Shown here in pieces: positions 40,301-48,530 of a DNA stretch of 64,000 bases; the first letter of the stretch is position 1; every line of letters starts with the position of its first letter. A model generated the notes under the pieces. That model made no database searches. It worked only from the letters and a program-made list of their open reading frames with translations, and was not told the DNA's origin. A program made the translations under genes and the position numbers. The stretch comes from Bacilli bacterium (GTDB lineage: Bacteria; Bacillota_I; Bacilli_A; RFN20; CAG-826), in contig JBAZHG010000002.1 in assembly GCA_041652475.1 (NCBI GenBank), positions 22,591 to 86,590 on the forward strand, read 5' to 3'.

Positions 40301-41686
40301 ATGATCAAAATTGATCGACGATTGAAGTCACCCCTTTACATGCAAATATATAGTCAAATCCGCGATGGCGTTATCTTTGGCTTTCTTCCGCCTGGATATC
40401 ATCTGACCGATACTCGCCAACTAGCAAAAACGCTTGGAGTCGGCCGCATTACGGTTTTGAATGCCTATGAGAAACTCAAGAGCGAAGATTTGATTGTTTC
40501 CCGACTCGGCTCTGGATATTTGGTCAACCCGTCTTTTATTCCAATCTCACAAAAAACGATGAATGATAAGGGGTTGTTACCACGCCAATACAAAGTAAGT
40601 TTTTCAGATTTAAACACTAAAATTTCTTATCAGATTTCTCAAATGTGGTATAAATTTTTGTCTGATGAGCTTAAAAATTTCAGTTTTGCCGACATTAAAG
40701 AGAACTACACTTTCCGCGGCATTAATCAACTTTTGCAAACTATTCGGGCTTATGTTTTTAACTACGCACATATCGTCTGCGATCCGCGCGCTTTAGTAAT
40801 CGGCAATGCCATTGAATATGCTTTGGAAATCGTGGTTGCCTTAACCAAGGGTCATATTCAAAAAGTCGCCATCGGCAACTTAAACGACAAGCGCATCATG
40901 AATTTCTTTGCCAAACGTGGGGTGGAAGTAATCGGTTATTACGCGATTGACGAAGACACACTGGAAAGTTTCAACGCGCAAAATGTCGACGCCGTGTTCA
41001 TCACGCCTTCGCACCTTCATGATTTAGGGGAAATATTATCCTATGAAAAGCGCCGGCTTCTTATGACTTGGGTTCACGCTAAAAATCATCGCTACATCAT
41101 TGAGAATGATTACTGCCGTGAGTATGTCTTCGGTAACGCTTTAATGAGTCTCAAAGCCATGGATGGCGATGACGATCGCGTATTTTATCTCAATTCGTTT
41201 TCCCGGACGCTGGGCAGCGATCTTCGAACCAACTATCTGATAGTCCCCAAGACGATGGAAACTTTGCTGGAGGAAGAATATTGGTATCGTTCCTGTTCCA
41301 ACCCATTTATCACCCAGTGGCTGATTTATCGTTTCATGGAAACCGGAAATTACGAACGTTTGATTCGAGTGGAAAAAAAGAAAATGCTCATTGATCAGGC
41401 GTATATGATAAACGTGTTCAAAAAAAACTTTCAAGACCGGGTTACATTTTACGGCACCCAATCAGGTCAATCAATCTGTGTAAGTTTTAAAACAAAATTG
41501 TCAAATAGCCGTTTGGTTAGCCTCTTAAAAGACCAAGGAGTGCGCGTCAGTTTTACTGACGATTTGTTTGCCGAGGAAAAGAAGGTCGGTAATAGTTTGG
41601 TGTTCAATGGTTCTGCGCTTGAGCGATGGCAGATCGATTACGGTATTGCATTAATAAAAGAGACATTTGGGCCTTACCTCGATTAA
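40301..41686 (+). CDS. MocR/GabR-type regulator (GntR HTH + aminotransferase-fold domain) lacking the PLP lysine
   Basis: GntR HTH 'LPPGYHLTDTRQLAKTLGVGRITVLNAYEKLKSEDLIVSRLGSGYLV'. The fold-type-I motifs 'ITPSHLHDLGE' and 'IENDY' are retained. The PLP-site motif reads 'YLNSFSRTLGSDLRTNYLIVP', with Arg (CGG 41204-41206) where GabR-type proteins have 'SFSK'. Confidence 0.8.
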   Translation: MIKIDRRLKSPLYMQIYSQIRDGVIFGFLPPGYHLTDTRQLAKTLGVGRITVLNAYEKLKSEDLIVSRLGSGYLVNPSFIPISQKTMNDKGLLPRQYKVSFSDLNTKISYQISQMWYKFLSDELKNFSFADIKENYTFRGINQLLQTIRAYVFNYAHIVCDPRALVIGNAIEYALEIVVALTKGHIQKVAIGNLNDKRIMNFFAKRGVEVIGYYAIDEDTLESFNAQNVDAVFITPSHLHDLGEILSYEKRRLLMTWVHAKNHRYIIENDYCREYVFGNALMSLKAMDGDDDRVFYLNSFSRTLGSDLRTNYLIVPKTMETLLEEEYWYRSCSNPFITQWLIYRFMETGNYERLIRVEKKKMLIDQAYMINVFKKNFQDRVTFYGTQSGQSICVSFKTKLSNSRLVSLLKDQGVRVSFTDDLFAEEKKVGNSLVFNGSALERWQIDYGIALIKETFGPYLD

Positions 41687-41719
41687 AAACTTAAGTGGTC
41701 TGGTTAATGAATACTTATT

Positions 41720-42982
41720 TTACTCAAGGCCGATTAACCAGCGATAGGCAATTGGAAAATATTCTGCCCACGCACTTTCATTGTGATTTTTATTCGAATC
41801 GATCAAGGTGGCGATTTTTTCTCCGTCATAGCCACGCTCGATCAAGCCGTTTTTGATGATGTCGACATAGGGGGTGATGGTCGTTTCCAAGCCCCCGGCA
41901 TATACATATAGGCGCGGCCAGTCCAACGATTGAGAAAAATCCATCCCGTCAAGGAAAGTGTCCAAAGCCTCGGTTTGATAAACGTACATAGCCGGTGAGA
42001 AGATTAAAGCGTAACCAAACACGTCGGGATAAGTCATCGCCATATATAACGAGATGATGCCGCCCATCGAAGAGCCGCCAATTCCGGTTTGATCCCGCCC
42101 GGGATCCGTATTGAAATGGGAATCGATATATGGTTTTACCGTCGTGACGATGAACTCGGCGTATTCTTCCCCCGAAGTGTCATTGAACATGTTTTCATAA
42201 GCCGAAGAGCCAATCGGCCAGGAGGGCGAGAGTTCGTTAAGGCGGTCAGCGCTGTTGTCGATGCCGACCACGATGGCGCCCTCATAACCTTCATCCATCA
42301 TCGCTCCGATGGCTTCGTCGATTTTCCATTCGCCCGCAAACGACGTATAGCGATCAAAGAGGTTTTGCCCATCATGCATGAAGAGGACTGGGTATTTTTT
42401 TACAGTGTCCTCGGGGTCGTATCCATCAGGCAGCCAAATGCGAAGGCGACGCGTGCGCCCATCCGCATATGGGGTCATGTCCAAGGTGACGAATTGCAGC
42501 GTCCCCCGGGTTAACGAAGTCATGCCGGTGTGGTTTTTAAAAGTTTGGATATCGTCGTTCACGGTTTGCGCCCCCTGTTTGATTTGGTAACGGCGATTGG
42601 ATGTTTCTCCGCCGACGCTCGTTCCTTCGACATAGGTCCATGGGTCTTCGATCTGTCCGTCGAGGAGCAATACGTATTTATATTCAATCGTCTCGCCGAT
42701 CATCGTTTCGTCAAATGTCAGATTGGTCGCATATTGGTAGTCGGATTGTTTAGTAAGGGTATATCCATCGGCTTCCGGGTCCCACCCATTGAAGCTCCCG
42801 GCGATTTGGAGTCGGTCATTGATTCCGATTTTTCTCGGGATCGACACCAAGAAGTCGATCTTCGTTGGCTCGAGCCCGCTTGATGGCGCGAATCCGCATC
42901 CCGAGCAAGCGACAAGGACAACCGCGGCGAAAATCCGCCATACGTATCGCGATTTGTTTGGTTGAAGGCGGCGCCGTTCCAT
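41720..42982 (-). CDS. Lipoprotein esterase (alpha/beta hydrolase, 'putative esterase'/CE1-like) with N-terminal CBM48-like module
   Basis: ATG 42982 gives 'MERRRLQPNKSRYVWRIFAAVVLVACSGC'. 'LQIAGSFNGWDPE...IEYKYVLL' is the CBM48-like part. 'YPVLFMHDGQNLFD' and the nucleophile elbow 'GGSSMGG' follow. Confidence 0.75.
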   Translation of the reverse strand: MERRRLQPNKSRYVWRIFAAVVLVACSGCGFAPSSGLEPTKIDFLVSIPRKIGINDRLQIAGSFNGWDPEADGYTLTKQSDYQYATNLTFDETMIGETIEYKYVLLLDGQIEDPWTYVEGTSVGGETSNRRYQIKQGAQTVNDDIQTFKNHTGMTSLTRGTLQFVTLDMTPYADGRTRRLRIWLPDGYDPEDTVKKYPVLFMHDGQNLFDRYTSFAGEWKIDEAIGAMMDEGYEGAIVVGIDNSADRLNELSPSWPIGSSAYENMFNDTSGEEYAEFIVTTVKPYIDSHFNTDPGRDQTGIGGSSMGGIISLYMAMTYPDVFGYALIFSPAMYVYQTEALDTFLDGMDFSQSLDWPRLYVYAGGLETTITPYVDIIKNGLIERGYDGEKIATLIDSNKNHNESAWAEYFPIAYRWLIGLE

Positions 42983-43026
42983 GATTCTTGTTCCAAAAAG
43001 AATGATAGCACAGGTCAATCACGACG

Positions 43027-43066
43027 CCTAAAAAGAAAGATGGCCACCTTCATGTGCGGCCATCTT
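43027..43066 (-). terminator. Rho-independent terminator after the acyltransferase gene
   Basis: On the minus strand, AAGATGGCC / GGCCATCTT form a 9-bp stem with a 12-nt loop. TCTTTTTAGG follows. Confidence 0.7.
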
Positions 43067-43074
43067 CGTCTATT

Positions 43075-44220
43075 TCATTTTGTCGCCAGTTTGTGTAAGT
43101 ATTCGCCGGCGATGACGAATTTCTGAGGCATGATCTTGTCTTCCATTTGGAACATGTACAGTTCGTTATCGGCGTAGATCTGGACGTTTTTGCCGATGTC
43201 GGAAGGAAGATATTCGATTGTTTTGGTACTGAACGACAAGACGACTTGTTTGCCTTGATCTTCGCCTTCATAGCGGTATCGCTCGCGGTCGAGCGACAAG
43301 ACGCCGGTCCCAACCGGAGCCAAAACCGAGCCTTGGTAGCGGATCAAGGTGACCGGGACGCTTAAGGCGAAACCCGGGTCGGCGTCGATTTTGGCGACGA
43401 GGTCAGCCCGCTGCTTTTCGAAGAGTTCATAAACGCTTTCGCCGTTTAAGAACCCATACTCGTCGTAAGTGAGGACATGGCCGCACTTCAGACATACGAG
43501 GGTGTTTTTGTTGACGGACAACCCTTCATGAAGGCATTTCGGACAGCGATAGACCAAGGTTTCAAGATTGTCGATGGCTTGAATCTGATATTTGTGGCGC
43601 TGGACGCGGTTGAATTCCCCGGTGTTGAAAGAGAGCTTTTCGTTGATGGCCTGATAAATCGACGCTTCGTCGAGGGACTTGAGTTCCTCGGCTTGGAAGA
43701 GAGGAAAGACGCGCGTGAAGACCTTGCCCTTAAAGACTTTGTCGCTCCAGGGCGGGGACATCAGGTAGTCGTTTTGGATTTGGGCGACATAGACGTTGAC
43801 GCCGGCCTTCTTGATGAATTTGGCAATCGAATACGGCGGTCTTAGACTCGTCCCGTGATAGGAAATCTGCCCTTCCGGGAAAATGCTCAATATGCCTTTT
43901 TGCTTCAAAATCGACAAGGCGTCGATAACCGATCGGGTGTCGCTTTGAAACGACGATTTCGGGATGGCGCGGGCCATGCGTAAAAACGGGCCTCGCTCCG
44001 GTTCGTTGAACATCTTGGCGGCCGCCATGTAAGTGATCCGATGGGGATAAAGGGCCGCCGTCGTGAAGATGTAATCGCGGAACGAGGTGTGATTCGTCAG
44101 GATGATGGCCGGGCGCTTGATTCTGGTTTTTTGAACGACGCGCCCGCCTTGAAGATAAGCCGATATTTTCAAAATGCCGGCCAAAGGGAGCCACAAGAAA
44201 GGATTGGGTCGTTTAATCAT
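43075..44220 (-). CDS. PlsC/LPLAT-family acyltransferase with internal zinc-ribbon and C-terminal extension
   Basis: ATG 44220 is chosen because the upstream gene stops at 44243. The H(X)4D box is 'ILTNHTSFRDY', followed by 'IFPEGQISYHG' and the CxxC...CxxC ribbon 'CPKCLHEGLSVNKNTLVCLKCGH'. Confidence 0.75.
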   Translation of the reverse strand: MIKRPNPFLWLPLAGILKISAYLQGGRVVQKTRIKRPAIILTNHTSFRDYIFTTAALYPHRITYMAAAKMFNEPERGPFLRMARAIPKSSFQSDTRSVIDALSILKQKGILSIFPEGQISYHGTSLRPPYSIAKFIKKAGVNVYVAQIQNDYLMSPPWSDKVFKGKVFTRVFPLFQAEELKSLDEASIYQAINEKLSFNTGEFNRVQRHKYQIQAIDNLETLVYRCPKCLHEGLSVNKNTLVCLKCGHVLTYDEYGFLNGESVYELFEKQRADLVAKIDADPGFALSVPVTLIRYQGSVLAPVGTGVLSLDRERYRYEGEDQGKQVVLSFSTKTIEYLPSDIGKNVQIYADNELYMFQMEDKIMPQKFVIAGEYLHKLATK

Positions 44221-44242
44221 TAAAGTCCTTTTTAAATCCAAC

Positions 44243-46297
44243 TCAAGCGGCGGAATCAAGCATTCCGAAAACCAAGCCCATGTAGCCATCGCCGCCCATG
44301 TTGTAATAAAGATTCAAATAGTCACCCGTAAAGTAGTTGGCATTGCTTGTTGCGTAATACGGTGCCGGCAACTGTGTCAACGGATTAATGACTTCCATGC
44401 CTGAATATCCAGTATAAATACCCATCACGCCATTGGTATCTTGCAAGCGCGGAGCCGCTTTGTCGAAACTTGCGACCGCAGTCATGAATTGGCCTGAGAA
44501 ATCAAGGGCGACGCCGTCGTCAATTTGAAAAGTGCCGTTGATCTTGGTCGAAGAGGGAGCCGACGCGGCGCCGTCTTTGATTAAGCCTACCATATTGAAT
44601 TGAGTGACCGGCTCGCCACCGATGTCATACGTCTTTGTGATGGAATTCGTGCCGAATAGGCGCAAATCGTCGCCTAGGTCTTTGATTGGTCCGATTGCGG
44701 CCGTTGCGGACACGAGCCGGAACCAGTTCTCGCCACCATGAACGAGCGATTCGAGGACTGAATTCTCAACTCTGGTGTGCGGGATATTCCCTTCGGTGCC
44801 GTCGGGACCCGGATTGACGTGATCGGAAATGATGATCGGGCCGCCGGCGCCAATGAATTCGGAATCCTTGATGAGGAAGTCAGGCGAACCCCAGTTATAC
44901 AGCATGCTCGAGAAGGAGTCGTAGCCACGGCATTTTTCGAGTATGACCGTGGGAGCGCTGATCTCGGAGAGGTAAATCGTGAAGCATTGAGTGGCAATCG
45001 CGTTGTAGACCCAGGCATCGACGCTCACCATTTTCATGAAGATGGCGCCGCCGGATTTCTCCGGGTCCTCGGTTCGGTTGGCGTTGCCAACGATGAGAAG
45101 GTTCTTCAAGGTGTAGTCGCCCAGATCTTCGCCGGTTTGTACTGCGCCGGCTTTGATTAAGGTGGAGTGGGAAATGACGAGTCCCGGTTCGGCGTCGACC
45201 CGTCCCGATTCGCGGACGACGACCGGCAAGGTCGAATAGTCGAGGCTGAAGTAGTTGCCGTTGATGGTGAACTCCTCTTCGGGCAGGATGTCGCGATGGT
45301 AAAGGTCGACGTTGTCGCGCAAGGAGCCGTAGACGCGGTCGACGTCCGAATCAGTTGGCAAGACATCGGCATCTCCCGCCATGTAGAAAAAGCTGTCGGG
45401 GAGGTTTTCACGGACAATCTCGATGTCATTTTGGAAAACCAATCCGTTGATGTTTGAAGTTGTCAAACCCTTTTCGGTCCGATAAGCGTCCCAATGGGTT
45501 CCGACGTTGTTGAAAATCGCCAAATCATCTTGTTCGTAAACGTTATGTCCATCGACCACGTTGAATTCGAACGAGGTCATGAACTTGGCTTCGACCGCGT
45601 ATTGGTCGCCGTAAGGACGGACCGAGAGACGGAAGGTGTGCCCGACGGCTGCTTCGGTGAAGTCATAGGTCGACGCGAATTCGTCGATGGCCACCATCTC
45701 GTCGAGAGCACTCCCGGTCAAGGTGACCCATTCGGTCTCGTTTTCCATCTGAACGGTGGACACGCTATGGTAAGAGGTGACTTCGATTTCTTCGTCATCG
45801 CTGTTATAAGCGTAAATGTTCGGGAAGAATTTGAAGGCGTTGTCGTCGCCGACGGCATAGCCTTGCTCACGATCCATGAACTCGCTTCGCTTGTTGCCTT
45901 CGCTCTTCTCGGTGATGTTTTCAAAGTAGGTGGTGACGAAATCGGGAGCCGAGATGTTGTCGATTTCGAAGTATTCGACGACCGTGTAGGTCCAGACGAC
46001 GCTTTCGGTCAAGTAGGTGATTGTCAATTCGAATTCACCGACGGTCGAGGTGTCGAGGGTTTCCGGGGCAAAGGTCAATTCCGATCCTTCGATTGTCTCT
46101 TCGTCGTTTTCGAACGTGGCGGTGACGGTGATCTCGTCGAGGTCGACGACCGCGTTTTGTTCATACTCTTCTTCCAAGCCGGAAACGACTTCGATTGACA
46201 GCAAATCGCCGGGGTCGAACGAGGAGCCTTCGCTTGATGAATTGCATCCGACGAGGGCCAGCGCCAATAATGGGATTATCGCCAAGTATTTTTTCAT
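44243..46297 (-). CDS. 684-aa surface lipoprotein, Ig-like N-terminal domain + probable beta-helix; function unknown
   Basis: Lipobox 'ALVGC' followed by 'NSSSEGSS'. The Ig-like segment is 'ITVTATFENDEETIEGSELTFAPETLDTSTVGEFELTITY'. The later part is Gly/Asn-rich with a beta-strand periodicity. Confidence 0.65.
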   Translation of the reverse strand: MKKYLAIIPLLALALVGCNSSSEGSSFDPGDLLSIEVVSGLEEEYEQNAVVDLDEITVTATFENDEETIEGSELTFAPETLDTSTVGEFELTITYLTESVVWTYTVVEYFEIDNISAPDFVTTYFENITEKSEGNKRSEFMDREQGYAVGDDNAFKFFPNIYAYNSDDEEIEVTSYHSVSTVQMENETEWVTLTGSALDEMVAIDEFASTYDFTEAAVGHTFRLSVRPYGDQYAVEAKFMTSFEFNVVDGHNVYEQDDLAIFNNVGTHWDAYRTEKGLTTSNINGLVFQNDIEIVRENLPDSFFYMAGDADVLPTDSDVDRVYGSLRDNVDLYHRDILPEEEFTINGNYFSLDYSTLPVVVRESGRVDAEPGLVISHSTLIKAGAVQTGEDLGDYTLKNLLIVGNANRTEDPEKSGGAIFMKMVSVDAWVYNAIATQCFTIYLSEISAPTVILEKCRGYDSFSSMLYNWGSPDFLIKDSEFIGAGGPIIISDHVNPGPDGTEGNIPHTRVENSVLESLVHGGENWFRLVSATAAIGPIKDLGDDLRLFGTNSITKTYDIGGEPVTQFNMVGLIKDGAASAPSSTKINGTFQIDDGVALDFSGQFMTAVASFDKAAPRLQDTNGVMGIYTGYSGMEVINPLTQLPAPYYATSNANYFTGDYLNLYYNMGGDGYMGLVFGMLDSAA

Positions 46298-46393
46298 GGT
46301 GCTCTTTCCTTTTATTTTAATATGCTAAAAAGATTATACTCCACTTGCCTTGGTTCGGCTATATTGACCTCACTGGGACCAAATCCCGGAAAA

Positions 46394-46846
46394 TCATATT
46401 TTGGCGCGGATCCGCAGGCGTGACGAGCGGTTGGAGTTGTCGGTCGCCCGCAGGGTGAAAGTCTCGGTCCCTTCCGACAGGAAGCTGATGCGGCCGGTCT
46501 GCCCGTCGACTTGGGCTACCGAACTGTGAGGATCGGTATAGAAACTGATCGTCTGCCGGGTGGCGTCGAAAGGCCACACCTCGTAGATGATGTCGAGGGC
46601 GAGCCCGTCGTGATAACGGAGCGTCAGCGGCGTCCCGGGCTTGTTTTCGTCATACAGCCGGTACAAATCGTCTTCCTCGTCGAAATAGGTCGGGAAATAT
46701 TCGTCGCCGATGCGGAGGCTCGTGATTACGATGTCGTTGACGTAGATCGTTTCGTTATAGATTTCGGCGCGTTGGAAAAGGAGCCCAATCAAGATGACGG
46801 CTAGAAGCGAAATGGTGGAAATGATCAAAATGACGGATTTTTTCAT
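46394..46846 (-). CDS. Small N-terminally anchored protein with Big_2-like Ig domain
   Basis: ATG 46846 lies 1 nt after the upstream stop. The TM helix is 'VILIISTISLLAVILIGLLF'. 'VAQVDGQTGRISFLSEGTETFTLRATD' resembles a Big_2 C-terminal strand pair. Confidence 0.6.
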   Translation of the reverse strand: MKKSVILIISTISLLAVILIGLLFQRAEIYNETIYVNDIVITSLRIGDEYFPTYFDEEDDLYRLYDENKPGTPLTLRYHDGLALDIIYEVWPFDATRQTISFYTDPHSSVAQVDGQTGRISFLSEGTETFTLRATDNSNRSSRLRIRAKI

Positions 46847-46847
46847 G

Positions 46848-48524
46848 TTAGCGCACCGGATCGTAATAATACGCTTTGACTTTGTTGACGAACATGTAGA
46901 CACCCGTGCCGAAGAAAAGCGCCCCGATGATCAAGACCTTGGCAAATGCCGGATTGTAGGACGCTTCCGGCATCACCTGTTCCTCAATCATGAAGCCAAA
47001 GGTGACCATAGCCACCAGGAACGAGACTATGAAGGCGATGACGGTGGCCTTCGTTTCGTTTGGGTTGTTAATTTGATCTCCGGTCGTCGCGTATTGCTCG
47101 TTCTGGGGGTTCATGATGTCGAGCAAGGCCGAAAAAAGGATGTGCCCTACTTGGATGAAGCCCAGGCCCAAGCCCAGGAAGAGGATGTTGGTCAGTTCGT
47201 AATGCATGTGCGCGTCGAAGATGTAGACGGAGACTCCCAGCGAAATCAAGGACAAGACGATATTCGGCAAAATCTTCGCCAATAAGGGAAAGACGATTTT
47301 GATCGGTTTGGTCCGTTTCATGTAACCGACGCGGCCTTCTCTAGAATAAACCGTGGCCAGAATGCTGTTCGAAGCTAAAAGCGGCAAAAGGATGATAAAT
47401 ACGTTAAAAGCCTGCACGATGAATTCGCCGTTGGGGTAGAGATCCATCGAATCGAAAATCTGGTTCAACAACAAAACGATCAAGGGGATGGAAATATACG
47501 TCGCCATAAAATTATAAGCAAACGCGCCCGAGCGCGCGGCGAGGCGGATTTCCTTCACGATGAACGACACGAAAGGCGGCCACGGCCGGTTTTTCGGTTT
47601 TTGGATGCGGATGTTCTTCTCGTATTCGAAACTGCGGCTTGTCATTTTTATGAAATAGAAACGCGAGAGGAAATAGGTCATGAAGAACAGGGCCGCCAAT
47701 ACGGCAATCAATGACAAAAACACCAAGACTGGTTCTTGATGCCAGTAGGTGTAGTGCATTGAAGCGTCGTATTTTCCGATGACCATCACCACGACGTAAT
47801 AAACCGGCAAAAACCACGTTTGAAAGAAGGTGGTGAGGTTGGTCAGCATGTTCTTGATCGGCCCCCAGTAGTTGATAACGTTAATCTCATCGGGAATGAT
47901 TAAAATCAAGCGCACGATCAAGTACACGAACGCGGCCACGAGTAGGGTCGAGAACAAATTCTTGAAAAAGGGCGCCCGGGCAAACAAGCGGTTGATCAAC
48001 AAAACAGGTAACGACAGTACGACCCCAAGGACGACCGGAATCAAAGACACGAACAAGAAGGCGACGAACACCCATAGATAAAACACCCACGAGACCGGGG
48101 ACATGATGCCGTAAGCAATGAAAATCGGTAGCGTAAACGTCACGTTTTTGTAAATTTCATAAATATAGAAAATAATGATTTTCGAGAGGAATATGCGATT
48201 GGCGGATACCGGAAAGGTCACCAATATCTGGTTGTCTTGAGCTAAGTAAAGCGACTGGACAAGCCCGTTCGTGCAGGTGAAGGTCGAAATGACCAGCATA
48301 ATCGAAAGAATCATCGTCATGACCGAAGTCGGCAGATACGGAGAGTTGTGAAAGATTTTTAAAAACGACGCTAAGAAGAATAACCCCAGGGCCACCAAGG
48401 TGACGATGATGAAGCGGAGAACGAAAAAGACGATTCTCCGAATCAGGTTCGCCCGTTCGCGCAAGAAGCCGAAATCGAGCTTGTCGGTCAACTGCATCAT
48501 GACTAAAGTCTTGACGTCGTTCAT
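46848..48524 (-). CDS. Large polytopic ABC-exporter-type permease (about 12 or more TM helices)
   Basis: 558 aa, almost entirely hydrophobic helices. It lies 6 nt downstream of the ABC ATPase fusion gene. I recognise no specific family motif. Confidence 0.65.
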   Translation of the reverse strand: MNDVKTLVMMQLTDKLDFGFLRERANLIRRIVFFVLRFIIVTLVALGLFFLASFLKIFHNSPYLPTSVMTMILSIMLVISTFTCTNGLVQSLYLAQDNQILVTFPVSANRIFLSKIIIFYIYEIYKNVTFTLPIFIAYGIMSPVSWVFYLWVFVAFLFVSLIPVVLGVVLSLPVLLINRLFARAPFFKNLFSTLLVAAFVYLIVRLILIIPDEINVINYWGPIKNMLTNLTTFFQTWFLPVYYVVVMVIGKYDASMHYTYWHQEPVLVFLSLIAVLAALFFMTYFLSRFYFIKMTSRSFEYEKNIRIQKPKNRPWPPFVSFIVKEIRLAARSGAFAYNFMATYISIPLIVLLLNQIFDSMDLYPNGEFIVQAFNVFIILLPLLASNSILATVYSREGRVGYMKRTKPIKIVFPLLAKILPNIVLSLISLGVSVYIFDAHMHYELTNILFLGLGLGFIQVGHILFSALLDIMNPQNEQYATTGDQINNPNETKATVIAFIVSFLVAMVTFGFMIEEQVMPEASYNPAFAKVLIIGALFFGTGVYMFVNKVKAYYYDPVR

Positions 48525-48530
48525 GGATAT

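Noticed and set aside
33371-41708. AAGTGGTCTG(A/G)TTAA at both edges of the low-GC block, considered as att-like direct repeats of an integrated element.
   Set aside because: A 15-mer with one mismatch is expected by chance tens of times among all position pairs in 64 kb. No integrase, recombinase or tRNA is nearby. It is mentioned only as a caveat within the island finding.
44777-46198. Plus-strand ORFs (127 aa, 96 aa and 234 aa) opposite the 684-aa lipoprotein gene.
   Set aside because: They are Val/Gly/Asp/Arg-rich antisense shadows. The minus-strand frame carries a lipobox signal peptide and continuous domain structure.
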